A DNA stretch of 64,000 nt. It comes from Acidobacteriota bacterium (lineage in GTDB: Bacteria > Acidobacteriota > Thermoanaerobaculia > Multivoradales > UBA5704). Position 1 is the stretch's first letter, and each line of letters begins with the position of its first letter. The notes under the pieces are model-generated. The model had not been told where the DNA came from and searched no databases. It saw only the letters and a list, made by a program, of their open reading frames with translations. Both the position numbers and the translations under genes were made by a program. Below, piece after piece: positions 19,129-28,079 of this stretch. The stretch is from assembly GCA_040005235.1 (NCBI GenBank), contig JBDTZG010000006.1, positions 89,496 to 153,495 on the forward strand, read 5' to 3'.

Positions 19129-21450
19129 ATGACACCTTCAACGAATCCGGAGCGACAGCAGCCCGACCATCCGGAATGGTGCCGGGTCACGCTTGCGAGT
19201 ATCGGTGAAGCTGTCATCACGACCGATGCCGAGGGTCGCGTCACTTTCCTCAACTCCTTCGCCGAGACATTGACCGGTTGGACGCAAGACGAGGCGATTG
19301 GAGTCCCGCTCGACAGAGTCTTCAAGACCATCGACCAAGTATCACGCAACTCGGTTGAGAGCCCGAGCGTACGGTCGTTGCGGGACGGCGTGATCGTCGG
19401 ACTCGCGAACCACTCGCTGCTCCTCGCGAAGGACGGCACGGAGCGGCCGATCGAGGACTGCGCCGCGCCGATCCGGAGCGCGACAGGGAGCATGGTCGGG
19501 GTCGTCCTGGTCTTTCGAGACATCACCGCACGCTTTCATCAAGAGCAGATACTGGCCAGCGCGGCGAGCTATACCGCGAGCATCATCGCGACTTTGCGCG
19601 AGCCGTTCGTCGTGCTCGATCGGGATCTGCGGGTCAAGACGGCGAATCGGGCGTTCTACGAGGCTTTTCATACCGAAGCGGACGTGACGGAAGGGCAACT
19701 CCTCTCCGAGCTCGGCAACGGGCAGTGGAACATCCCCCGGCTGCGGAGCCTGCTCGACGAAATTCTGGTCGACCGGCAGACCGTTCATGATTACAACGTG
19801 GAGCACGACTTTCCCGACATCGGCCGCAAGCACATGCTTCTCAACGCCTGCCGCTTTCAGTCGGCGAACGGCGACCCGGACCTCATCCTGCTCGCGATCG
19901 AGGACGTCAGCGCGCGAAAACGCGCGGAAGCCGACGTCCAAATCTCCGAAGCGCAGTACCGGCGGCTGTTCCAGACGGCCAAGGACGGCATCATCATCCT
20001 CGACGCCGAAACCGGAAAAGTGATCGATGCCAACCCGTTCATGACGGAGTTGCTGGGCTATTCGTGCGACGAGTTCCTGGGCAAGGAGCTTTGGGAGATC
20101 GGCTTGTTCTCGGACAAGCTCGCGAGCCAATCCCTTTACCGCGAGCTCCACGAACAGGGCTACATCCGCTCCGATCACTTGCCGTTGCAGGCCAAGAGCG
20201 GCCAGCGGGCCGAGGTCGAATTCGTCTGCAACACGTATCAAGTGAACGGCAAGAGCGTCGCTCAGTGCAACATCCGGGACATCAGTGAACGGAGCCGGTT
20301 GGAAAAGAAGATTCACGAGCAGACGGTGGCGCTCGCCGACTTGCACCGCCGGAAGGATGAGTTTCTCGCGATGCTCAGCCACGAGCTCCGGAGCCCGCTC
20401 GCTCCAATCGCGAACGCCGTCCACATGCTGCGGCTTCAGCCGAGCGAAACCCCGCTCCAACTCCAGGCCCGCACCATCATCGAACGCCAGATGACGCTCC
20501 TCACGCGGCTGGTCGACGACCTGATGGAAGTCTCCCGCATCACGACCGGTAGGGTGCAGCTTCGTCTTGAGCGAGTCTTGGTCAACGGCATCGTGGAACG
20601 CGCGGTGGAGACGGCTCGGCCGATCATCGAGCGCCACCAGCACGAGCTGACGGTCTCGCTCTCACCTGAGCCGATCTGGCTTTACGCCGACGCGTCCCGG
20701 CTGGAGCAGGTGGTCGTAAACCTTCTCACCAACGCTGCCAAATACACCCCCGAAGGCGGCCAAATCGGGCTGGCCGTGGAGATGTCGGACGACGAGTGCG
20801 TGCTGCGCGTGCGCGATACGGGTGTCGGCATCGCATCCGAGCTGTTGCCTCGGATCTTCGACCTGTTCACCCAAGCGGAACAGTCTCTCGACCGCTCGCA
20901 AGGCGGTCTGGGGATCGGACTCGCCGTCGTTCAGCGGCTGGTCGAGTTGCATGGGGGGCGCGTGAAGGTCCTGAGCGAGCTCGGACAGGGCACCGAGTTC
21001 GTCGTGCATCTGCCCGTCATGCCGTTCAACCCGAAGGAATCCCTTCTGCCCCTCGCCGAAGCCGCTTCGCCGATTGCGCATCGTTTGCGAGTCTTGGTCG
21101 TCGACGACAATGTGGACGCGGCGGTCAGCTTGGCGATGTTGTTGAGGATGTCGGGCCACGACGTCTGGATGGCGCACACGGGTTCGACGGTCGTCGAGGC
21201 GATGAGCGAACATGATCCGAACGTCGTCTTGCTCGACATCGGCTTGCCGGGCCTCGACGGCTTGCAGGTCGCGAGACGGATTCGCGAGCTACCCAGGCAC
21301 GCAGATGTCGTCCTGGTCGCCATGACCGGCTACGGACAGGAAGCGGACCACGAACGTTCACAGGCAGCGGGGTTCGATCACCACTTGGTCAAGCCCGCAG
21401 ACTTCAGTAAAGTCCAAGAGATCCTGGCGAACGTAAAACGGGCCGTCTAG
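19129..21450 (+). CDS. Hybrid sensor histidine kinase (multiple PAS domains, HisKA, HATPase, receiver)
   Basis: PAS segments, H-box LAMLSHELRSPL, N/G boxes (NLLTNAAKYTP, DTGVGI, GGLGIGL) and a C-terminal REC domain (LRVLVVDDN...LLDIGLPGLDG). Confidence 0.9.
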   Translation: MTPSTNPERQQPDHPEWCRVTLASIGEAVITTDAEGRVTFLNSFAETLTGWTQDEAIGVPLDRVFKTIDQVSRNSVESPSVRSLRDGVIVGLANHSLLLAKDGTERPIEDCAAPIRSATGSMVGVVLVFRDITARFHQEQILASAASYTASIIATLREPFVVLDRDLRVKTANRAFYEAFHTEADVTEGQLLSELGNGQWNIPRLRSLLDEILVDRQTVHDYNVEHDFPDIGRKHMLLNACRFQSANGDPDLILLAIEDVSARKRAEADVQISEAQYRRLFQTAKDGIIILDAETGKVIDANPFMTELLGYSCDEFLGKELWEIGLFSDKLASQSLYRELHEQGYIRSDHLPLQAKSGQRAEVEFVCNTYQVNGKSVAQCNIRDISERSRLEKKIHEQTVALADLHRRKDEFLAMLSHELRSPLAPIANAVHMLRLQPSETPLQLQARTIIERQMTLLTRLVDDLMEVSRITTGRVQLRLERVLVNGIVERAVETARPIIERHQHELTVSLSPEPIWLYADASRLEQVVVNLLTNAAKYTPEGGQIGLAVEMSDDECVLRVRDTGVGIASELLPRIFDLFTQAEQSLDRSQGGLGIGLAVVQRLVELHGGRVKVLSELGQGTEFVVHLPVMPFNPKESLLPLAEAASPIAHRLRVLVVDDNVDAAVSLAMLLRMSGHDVWMAHTGSTVVEAMSEHDPNVVLLDIGLPGLDGLQVARRIRELPRHADVVLVAMTGYGQEADHERSQAAGFDHHLVKPADFSKVQEILANVKRAV

Positions 21451-21465
21451 AGTCATCTACGGCCG

Positions 21466-21990
21466 ATGACGTCGCCGGTTCAATCAAAAAAGATCGAACT
21501 TTTCCGAAAAAAGAGTGAGCTCGAGCGCCTAAAGAGCGAACTCGAACCGTTCGAAAGCGAACTTTTCCGAAAAAAGAGTGAGCTCGAACCGTTCGAGAAC
21601 GTTCTCGAGGAGTTTGAAAGCGAACTTGAGCGCCTGAAAAGTGATCTCGAACCGTTTGAGAGTGAACTCGGGGAGCTGAAAAGTGAACTTCAGGAGCTCG
21701 TAAGTGAACTTCTGAGGCCTGCGCGGCCTCTACCGCGCCGCCCGGAACACCAGCGAGGCCCAGAAGCTTTCCCAGTCTGCGTCTTTTGTGTCTTTCGGCG
21801 CCTCGATCATGTGGACGGCTTTGATCAGCCAGATCTCCCCTCCGGCGGGGCCGGCGGGGAGCTTGAAACGGACCCGGCCCTGGGCGTCGGTGCGGGCTTT
21901 CTGCGCTCCCGCTTCCGGCTTCGAGTGGGGGAGCGCCACCACCAGGGCTCCGGCGAGCGGCTGGCCTTTGTAGAGCAGGCGGACCGGTAG
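21466..21990 (+). CDS. Heptad-repeat (coiled-coil) small protein; the 3' end is doubtful
   Basis: This is the only open frame over the 21-bp repeat array. Differences between repeat units at the S-E-L codons are mostly synonymous (AGT/AGC, GAA/GAG, CTC/CTT). After 21720 the frame runs antisense through the convergent DUF4198 gene for ~260 nt with junk-like sequence, and no clear SD is present. Confidence 0.4.
   Translation: MTSPVQSKKIELFRKKSELERLKSELEPFESELFRKKSELEPFENVLEEFESELERLKSDLEPFESELGELKSELQELVSELLRPARPLPRRPEHQRGPEAFPVCVFCVFRRLDHVDGFDQPDLPSGGAGGELETDPALGVGAGFLRSRFRLRVGERHHQGSGERLAFVEQADR
21490..21720 (+). repeat. Tandem repeat, 21 bp x 11 units
   Basis: Units begin at 21490, 21511, 21532 ... 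21700. Consensus is (A/G)A(A/G) AG(T/C) GA(A/G) CT(C/T) NNN NNN NTN. Contains the palindromes ctcgaac-c-gttcgag and gagaacgttctc. Confidence 0.9.
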
Positions 21991-22545
21991 GTCGGCGTCG
22001 GCCGGCAGCTCGAAGGGGTTCTTCTCGGCGACCAGCTCCAACTCCATTCCGACCGGTTTGTCGAATCCGGTTCCCGACGTGCCGCCGACCGCGAGCAGCG
22101 CCTTGACGCAGCGGGAGTACACCTCGCGGCTGGGCTTGTCGCTCTCGTTCTTCTTCTTGCGCAGGTCGATGATCCGCTCCAGCCCTTCGAGCCGCAAGTA
22201 GTCCTCGAACTTCTGCGGTTCGAGGCTGACCGAGGCACGGTTGGTGTCGTAGACGATCTGGTAGATCCCGGCCGGGCCGACCGAGGCGTAGCCTGCCGGT
22301 TCGCCGCCGCGGATGCCCTGGACCTGCTTTTCGCCGTTCGGGCCGAGGATCGCGAAGCGTTCGATGCGCGCCGGGTCGCGCGGCACCGGATCGCCCACGA
22401 AGTTCTCGCCCACCCGCAGGCGGACCCCCAGTTGGGCATTGGGCGCCGGGGAGAGATTCATCGGCTCGATCCAGAAGTCGTGGGCGACGGCGGGGGTGGC
22501 CGCGAGAAGCAAGGCGAGGGCGATCGATCGGTTCATGGCGTCCAT
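21730..22545 (-). CDS. DUF4198 domain periplasmic protein
   Basis: Signal peptide MNRSIALALLLAATPAVA followed by the HDFWIEP signature. The start is ATG 22545 or 22536; the listed ORF extends to 22623. Confidence 0.75.
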   Translation of the reverse strand: MDAMNRSIALALLLAATPAVAHDFWIEPMNLSPAPNAQLGVRLRVGENFVGDPVPRDPARIERFAILGPNGEKQVQGIRGGEPAGYASVGPAGIYQIVYDTNRASVSLEPQKFEDYLRLEGLERIIDLRKKKNESDKPSREVYSRCVKALLAVGGTSGTGFDKPVGMELELVAEKNPFELPADADLPVRLLYKGQPLAGALVVALPHSKPEAGAQKARTDAQGRVRFKLPAGPAGGEIWLIKAVHMIEAPKDTKDADWESFWASLVFRAAR

Positions 22546-22656
22546 TCTTGGGCGGAGTGTATCGAGAGTCGAGGGTCTACCGTCTTTCAAGGAAAAACGG
22601 GGCGGGCCTCTCCGAGCGCCCACCCCGTCCGCCCCTCTCAGGAGGGCGCCGCCGGT

Positions 22657-24135
22657 CTACTCCGGCGAGCCGGAGAGCTCGTGCGGCGAGCCCGGGATCG
22701 GCGTGGTCAGGTACGGGAACGTCGCGTCGAACTGGCTGGCGTCCTGGAGCGTGCCGTCGGTGAACGGCAGGTTGCCGGAGGGCGCGTCGGCCGGGTTGCA
22801 GAACACACCGGGGAAGGCGTGGCAAAGGACGCCCATGGCGACGCGCAGCTCGGCGTCCACCACGTCATCGCCCGGACGGCGGCCGTTCGGGAAGCCCGCG
22901 TTGTCACCTCCGAGCACGCCCAGGTTGTTCTGGCTCGCCTTCGGGGTCGCTGCGATCGCGGTGTTCAGACGCTGCATTTCGGCCGGGCCGCCGAGCTGGT
23001 TCAAGCCCGCGACGCCGGTAAGGAATGCCGCCACCAGGTCGGTGCGCGGAAAATTGTTCGGAGCGCGAACGCCGGCCGAACCGAAGAGGATCTCCAGCAG
23101 CTCGGGCAGCGTCGGGTTGGTCACGTAGTCGGCGAACTGGCCGTCGGCGTTCGGCCGGCTGGCGTTGAACTTGTTCTTGTCCTTCAAACCGATGACGATC
23201 TCGTTGACCAGCGGCATGCCGAGGCGCGAGACCTGGACGAACTCACCGCTCTGCGCTTCCGCCTGGTCGAATCCCGGGGCGTTCTTAAGCGTGCGGGTGC
23301 GCGGCAGGGCCGCCGTGGTCCAGCCGCCGATCACGGTGCTGCTCTGAGAAACCAGGCAGGAGGCCGGCACTTCAAGCGCAATCGTGGTGATGTTCTTGTC
23401 GGCAAGCTGGTTGGGGATCGCGTCGCGCGGTCCGAGCGGGTTCGAGAGGTTCACCAGGTCGAAGATTTCGCCGAGGTTGACCGCGAACGACTCTTTACGC
23501 TGGCCGACGAAGACCCGTCCCTCGCCGCAGCCGGGGATGTCGATCGAGTGGAGGAACTGGCCCGCGTACGCGGCGTAGTTGGGGATCGTCTTGTTGCCGA
23601 CGTTGTCGAGCGGCTTGGCAAAACGCGTGCTGTGACTGACCGCGTTGGTGATCGGCTGCGTCGTGCGGCCCGGATTGGAGAAGGCGCCGCGGACGACCCA
23701 CATGGTGTAGGTCTCGGGGGTGTTCAGGGTCGCGGCACCGGGAGTGGTGACCGGACCGGCGTACTCGATCGGGATCGAAACCTGCTTGCCGCCGACCGGC
23801 AGCTGGATATCGCGCAGGCCGGTGTTGAACTTGAACTGGAAGGAGATGTCCTCAATGCCGTCACCGCCCTGGTCGACGTGGATGCGGTAAAACGCGTCCG
23901 GGTCGAGCGAGAAGTAGTTCGGGCCGCCGTAGGCGTCCTGGAGCGGGAGGTAGTTGGCGATCAAAGTGACGAACCCCGCGCGCCCGGGCTCGTAGCTGTT
24001 GAACATGTAGAAATCGGTGCCGTCGACTTTCGGGGTCTCCGTGATCAGCGGGGCCTCTCGGTGGCTGGAGGCCGCCGCGGGTAGTGCGATGAGCACTCCG
24101 AGCAGCGCCAACGCGGTGATGTTGAGCTTTCTCAT
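22657..24135 (-). CDS. DUF4331 domain secreted protein
   Basis: Signal peptide, then SSHREAPLITETPKVDGTDFYMF, characteristic of the DUF4331 N-terminus. Confidence 0.8.
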   Translation of the reverse strand: MRKLNITALALLGVLIALPAAASSHREAPLITETPKVDGTDFYMFNSYEPGRAGFVTLIANYLPLQDAYGGPNYFSLDPDAFYRIHVDQGGDGIEDISFQFKFNTGLRDIQLPVGGKQVSIPIEYAGPVTTPGAATLNTPETYTMWVVRGAFSNPGRTTQPITNAVSHSTRFAKPLDNVGNKTIPNYAAYAGQFLHSIDIPGCGEGRVFVGQRKESFAVNLGEIFDLVNLSNPLGPRDAIPNQLADKNITTIALEVPASCLVSQSSTVIGGWTTAALPRTRTLKNAPGFDQAEAQSGEFVQVSRLGMPLVNEIVIGLKDKNKFNASRPNADGQFADYVTNPTLPELLEILFGSAGVRAPNNFPRTDLVAAFLTGVAGLNQLGGPAEMQRLNTAIAATPKASQNNLGVLGGDNAGFPNGRRPGDDVVDAELRVAMGVLCHAFPGVFCNPADAPSGNLPFTDGTLQDASQFDATFPYLTTPIPGSPHELSGSPE

Positions 24136-24468
24136 TGGTGAACTTCTCCTGTCGTGTTGGGTTCGGTTACTTCTATGTTCAGAGGGGTTCTACGCGCACT
24201 TTTCGGTTTTGGATGACGCACGGGAACAATCGTCACGAAGATTCTTTGTGTGCCTGTGACGCTTTGTTCTTCGCTGTCAGGCCTTAGCTGAAGAGTCGAG
24301 CAAAACGAAGCCTCCGCAAATGCTGTGCCACACGAAACGACCAATACAGGAGGGGCACTCGGGAGAAACTTGCGGGCCTTGGGGGCTGGCCCTCGGGCAT
24401 CGCGGGTCGGCGTAGACGCCTTATACTGGGTATTCAGGCGTCCGGATGGACGTTCGAGGAGCCCGCTT

Positions 24469-27400
24469 ATGCGTCGTCGTCCCGCTCTCTCTCTCGGCCT
24501 CCTGCTTTCTTTGTCCTTACTGGCTTCCGCGGCTTCGGCCACCAGCTATGTCTTGGCGAGCGACGAAAATCTCGCCGCGCGCTCCGACGCGATCGCCCTC
24601 GTGCGGGTGACGGACGTCGAATCGTCCCCGGCCGCTGGACTGCCCGCGACCGACGTGCTGGTCGAAATCGAGCGTCTGGTGCAGGGGAGCGTGGGGGGCA
24701 GCTCGATCGTCGTCCGCATCCCCGGCGGCACCCGGGATCGGACCACCTGGAAGGTCTGGGGCGCGCCCGCCTTCAAGCGCGGCGAGCGGGCGCTCCTGTT
24801 CCTGGTCGCCCAGGACGACGGCACGTACCACATCCGTCACTTGATGCTCGGCGCATTCCACGCGGTTTCGGCCTCCGGACGGAGGCTCGCCTTGCGCGAC
24901 CTTTCGGGGGCGGCGGAGGTGCCGCTGGCCGGGCGGACCGAAAATTCGGCGCAGTGGCGGCAGCCGCGCGACCTCGATCGGTTCGTCGCCTGGCTCGCCG
25001 ACCGAGCGGCGGGCAAGGCGCGCGCCGCCGATTATTTTGTTTCGCCTTCCGAGCGGATCGCCGATTTCACCTTCCTGGAGGACCAGGGGCTCAAGGTCCG
25101 CTGGTTCGAGTTCGACCAGGGGCAGAGCATCTCCTGGCGGACGGAGACCTCCGGCCAGCCGGGTCTCGCCGGAGGCGGCGCCACCGAATTCCAGCATGGC
25201 CTCGCGGCCTGGAACGCCGACGCTGCTACCAACGTCGCCTACACCTACGCCGGCCAGACCGCAGGCGGCTCGATCGACCATCAGGACGGCACGAATTCCT
25301 TGCTGTTCAATCGAACGATTCCCGACGTCGATCCTTATGACTGCGATCGAGGCGGCGTGCTGGCGGTCGGTGGTCCCTGGCTCGACCAGGATACCCGCGG
25401 CACCTATCGCGGCGAGACCTACCTGCTCGCGCTCGAAGCCGACATCTTTACCAACGACAATCTCGCCTGCTTCTTCGCCAGCAGCGGCAGCCCGAGCCAG
25501 GCGGCCGAGGAGCTGCTCACCCACGAGCTGGGCCATACGCTCGGACTGGGGCACTCCTGCGGCGACGACGACAGCGGCGCCTGCAACTCGGCCGACAAGA
25601 CCAACGCGATCATGCGCGCGTTCATCCACGACGACGGCCGGGGGGCCCGGTTGGGCAACGACGATCGCGCCGGGCTGGCCGTCCTCTATACCCCTTCGGG
25701 GGGAGGAGGGGGCGGCGGCGGAACCCCGCAGGCCCCGGCAGGGCTCGCCGCCGCGCTCTCGGGCCTTGCCGCGAACCTCTCCTGGCAGGATCGCTCGACC
25801 AACGAGATCGGTTTCCGTATCTATCGCGGTCTGGACGGCGGCGCGCTCGCTTTGCTCGCGACCCTCCCCGCGGGCGCCGTTTCCTATGTCGACGGCGGTC
25901 TTGCCCCCGGGCACCGCTACGACTACGAGGTGGCCGCGTTCAACAACCGGGGCGAAAGCGGGCGCAGCAACCACGTGACGGTGAACGTGCCGAACGCCCA
26001 GCCGGTCACCGTGACTCTGGTGCCCATCCCGGCCGTCGTTGCGGGCGTGGTGGCGCACTTGGCAGCGACGACCACCGGGCCGGTGGTGCGCGCGGAATGG
26101 AACCTCGGTGGTATCGCCCGCGCGTTCTCCCCCGGACCTTGCAGCCCGGGCCGATTCTGCGCCGATCACCTGTACGACATCCCTGGCACTTATACCGTCC
26201 ACGTCACGGTATTCGGCGACCTCGGCCAGACCGCCGAGGCGACCGGCCAGATTATCGTGGGCGGTTCCGCGGTCGATCTGCCCGGCGAGGATTCGTTCCT
26301 CCAGAGCGTGATCTTCGGCCCGCGCGGAGCGACGGGGGTATTCAAGTCGGACCTCTGGCTGCACAACGACGGCCCGGCCGACACCCGGGTGGGGCTGGTC
26401 TACCTGCCGCGCGGAGCGGGCAACCCGAATCCGGACCGGCGCGAGATCACGCTGCTCGCGGGCACCTCGCAGTACCTGCCGAACGTGCTGGGCAACCTGT
26501 TCGGCGAAACCAGCACCCAAGGGTCGCTCGGGCTCGAATACCGGCGTCCGGTCGCCGCCGCGGCCTCTCCAGGGCATACCTTCGCATTCGCCCGCTCGTT
26601 CCTCGAAGTGGCGGGGGGTAGCTTCGGCCAACTGGTGCCGGAAGAGGGCGAGACGACCTGGTCGGCGGAGGCCAAAGTAGTCGCCGGAGTGCTCGAAGGA
26701 ACGGGCTTTGCGAGCACGCTCGCCGCCGCGAACCTCGACGCCGCAGGGGGGCGGGTGGATGTCGACCTGTTCGACGCCCAGGGCGTTGCGGTCGGTGCGA
26801 CCGCGAGCTTCCCGCTCGGGGCGCGGACCACCCGTTCGCAGCCGATCGCCAACCTGTTCCCCGCGGCCAAGGACCGGACCGGGCCGTTCACCGCACGCTT
26901 CACCTCGACGGGCGTGCGCTTCGCCGCGTCGGCGACCCTGCTCGAAACGGGGTCGCAGGATCAAATCTTCCTACCTGCTGTGCCGCCGCCGCCGGCCGAA
27001 AGCTCGCTCGATCCGCAGATCTCCGAGGGGGAATTGTTGATCCCCCGGGTGGTGCGCGGCCAGGGGCAGTTCGGCACGCAGCTCACCACCAAGCTCGTGC
27101 TCTGGAACTCGACCGACCAGCCGCGCGACCTGACTTTCTCGCTCTGGCTGCGCGGGCAGGACAATTCGGGGGCGCAGATGATCGTCCGGTCGCTGCCGGC
27201 GCGCGCCGCTCTGTTGATCGACGACGTCGCCAAGGACTTGTTCGGCCTCGACGAGGCGACCGGCGCGTTGCGCATCCTCTGGCGCGGGCCGGTCGGTCCG
27301 GGACCGCGGATCTTGGCGCTCGGCTTTGCCACCACCGCCGGCCCGCCCGCCCTGCGGTTCGGCATGCTGGTCGACGCGCGCCGGCCGATCTTGGAAGGGA

Positions 27401-27723
27401 GCCGCCACGCGGTCGATTTCGGGGCCGAGCAACTGCCGATCTCGCGCTCGAGCTACGGCTTGATCAACCTGAACAATGCGCCGACCACCGTGCGCCTCAC
27501 CCTCGCGGATGAGAAGGGGACCGTTCTTGGCCAGACCACTTTTTCGCTCAAAGCCCGCCAGCACTTCGAGCGGACTCTTCTCGGCGTGTTCACCGGGCTC
27601 GCCAACGGTTCGAACTGGCACGTGACGACGGAGGTCGTCGCGGGCGGCGACGTGTTGACCTACCTGGCCAACATCAACGCGACCGGCGACATCTTTTACG
27701 TGCCAGGTCGACCGCTCGATTAG
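24469..27723 (+). CDS. Large secreted metzincin-type zinc metalloprotease with FN3 and PKD-like domains
   Basis: The ATG at 24469 gives the signal peptide MRRRPALSLGLLLSLSLLASAASA. Zinc motif HELGHTLGLGHSC, a Gly7 linker, an FN3-like segment (LSWQDRSTNEIGFRIYR...YDYEVAAFN), a PKD-like segment (YDIPGTYTVHVTVFGD), then a ~500-aa C-terminal region of unknown type. Confidence 0.8.
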   Translation: MRRRPALSLGLLLSLSLLASAASATSYVLASDENLAARSDAIALVRVTDVESSPAAGLPATDVLVEIERLVQGSVGGSSIVVRIPGGTRDRTTWKVWGAPAFKRGERALLFLVAQDDGTYHIRHLMLGAFHAVSASGRRLALRDLSGAAEVPLAGRTENSAQWRQPRDLDRFVAWLADRAAGKARAADYFVSPSERIADFTFLEDQGLKVRWFEFDQGQSISWRTETSGQPGLAGGGATEFQHGLAAWNADAATNVAYTYAGQTAGGSIDHQDGTNSLLFNRTIPDVDPYDCDRGGVLAVGGPWLDQDTRGTYRGETYLLALEADIFTNDNLACFFASSGSPSQAAEELLTHELGHTLGLGHSCGDDDSGACNSADKTNAIMRAFIHDDGRGARLGNDDRAGLAVLYTPSGGGGGGGGTPQAPAGLAAALSGLAANLSWQDRSTNEIGFRIYRGLDGGALALLATLPAGAVSYVDGGLAPGHRYDYEVAAFNNRGESGRSNHVTVNVPNAQPVTVTLVPIPAVVAGVVAHLAATTTGPVVRAEWNLGGIARAFSPGPCSPGRFCADHLYDIPGTYTVHVTVFGDLGQTAEATGQIIVGGSAVDLPGEDSFLQSVIFGPRGATGVFKSDLWLHNDGPADTRVGLVYLPRGAGNPNPDRREITLLAGTSQYLPNVLGNLFGETSTQGSLGLEYRRPVAAAASPGHTFAFARSFLEVAGGSFGQLVPEEGETTWSAEAKVVAGVLEGTGFASTLAAANLDAAGGRVDVDLFDAQGVAVGATASFPLGARTTRSQPIANLFPAAKDRTGPFTARFTSTGVRFAASATLLETGSQDQIFLPAVPPPPAESSLDPQISEGELLIPRVVRGQGQFGTQLTTKLVLWNSTDQPRDLTFSLWLRGQDNSGAQMIVRSLPARAALLIDDVAKDLFGLDEATGALRILWRGPVGPGPRILALGFATTAGPPALRFGMLVDARRPILEGSRHAVDFGAEQLPISRSSYGLINLNNAPTTVRLTLADEKGTVLGQTTFSLKARQHFERTLLGVFTGLANGSNWHVTTEVVAGGDVLTYLANINATGDIFYVPGRPLD

Positions 27724-28079
27724 GGCCCAAGGACCCCGGGACGGACGCGCTCTCCGCCCCCGGGGAAGGCGGGAGAAAGAAGCCGGATCCCGCCCACCTT
27801 CCGCCCTTGACATCAGGGCGCCGTTCGTTGTCCGAAAAAGCTCCCCCGTCACCGGTTCGGCACTCCCTTAAAGCCGGGGGTATCGCGTGGATGCGCGAGA
27901 GGAAAAATTTCAAACTATTGATTCCATTGACATTACGTGGATTGCACAACAAACTGTTCAATCCGGTCAAAATGTCGGTCGCAACTCTGTTTTCTCGTCG
28001 TCACATGGCGCTTTCCCACAGAGTTTTCCACAGATCCTGCGGGAAACCCGGAAAGCTCAATGGCCACCACCACTTGACC

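Noticed and set aside
24517-26964. Very long ORFs on the strand opposite to, or out of frame with, recognisable genes. Examples: 24517..26964(-), 2245..4398(-), 4665..5945(-), 40741..42030(-), 45252..47078(-), 57096..58664(-), 60690..62855(-), 22432..24084(+).
   Set aside because: Their translations are Arg/Pro/Gly/Ala-rich low-complexity strings with no motifs. Each fully overlaps a gene with clear family signatures. These are typical stop-codon-poor shadow frames in high-GC DNA.
27724-28079. Calling the AT-rich spacer a chromosomal replication origin (oriC).
   Set aside because: Only two good DnaA-box-like 9-mers are present. There is no dnaA/dnaN/gidA/parAB neighbourhood and no obvious AT-rich 13-mer unwinding repeats. 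It is kept only as a low-interest observation.
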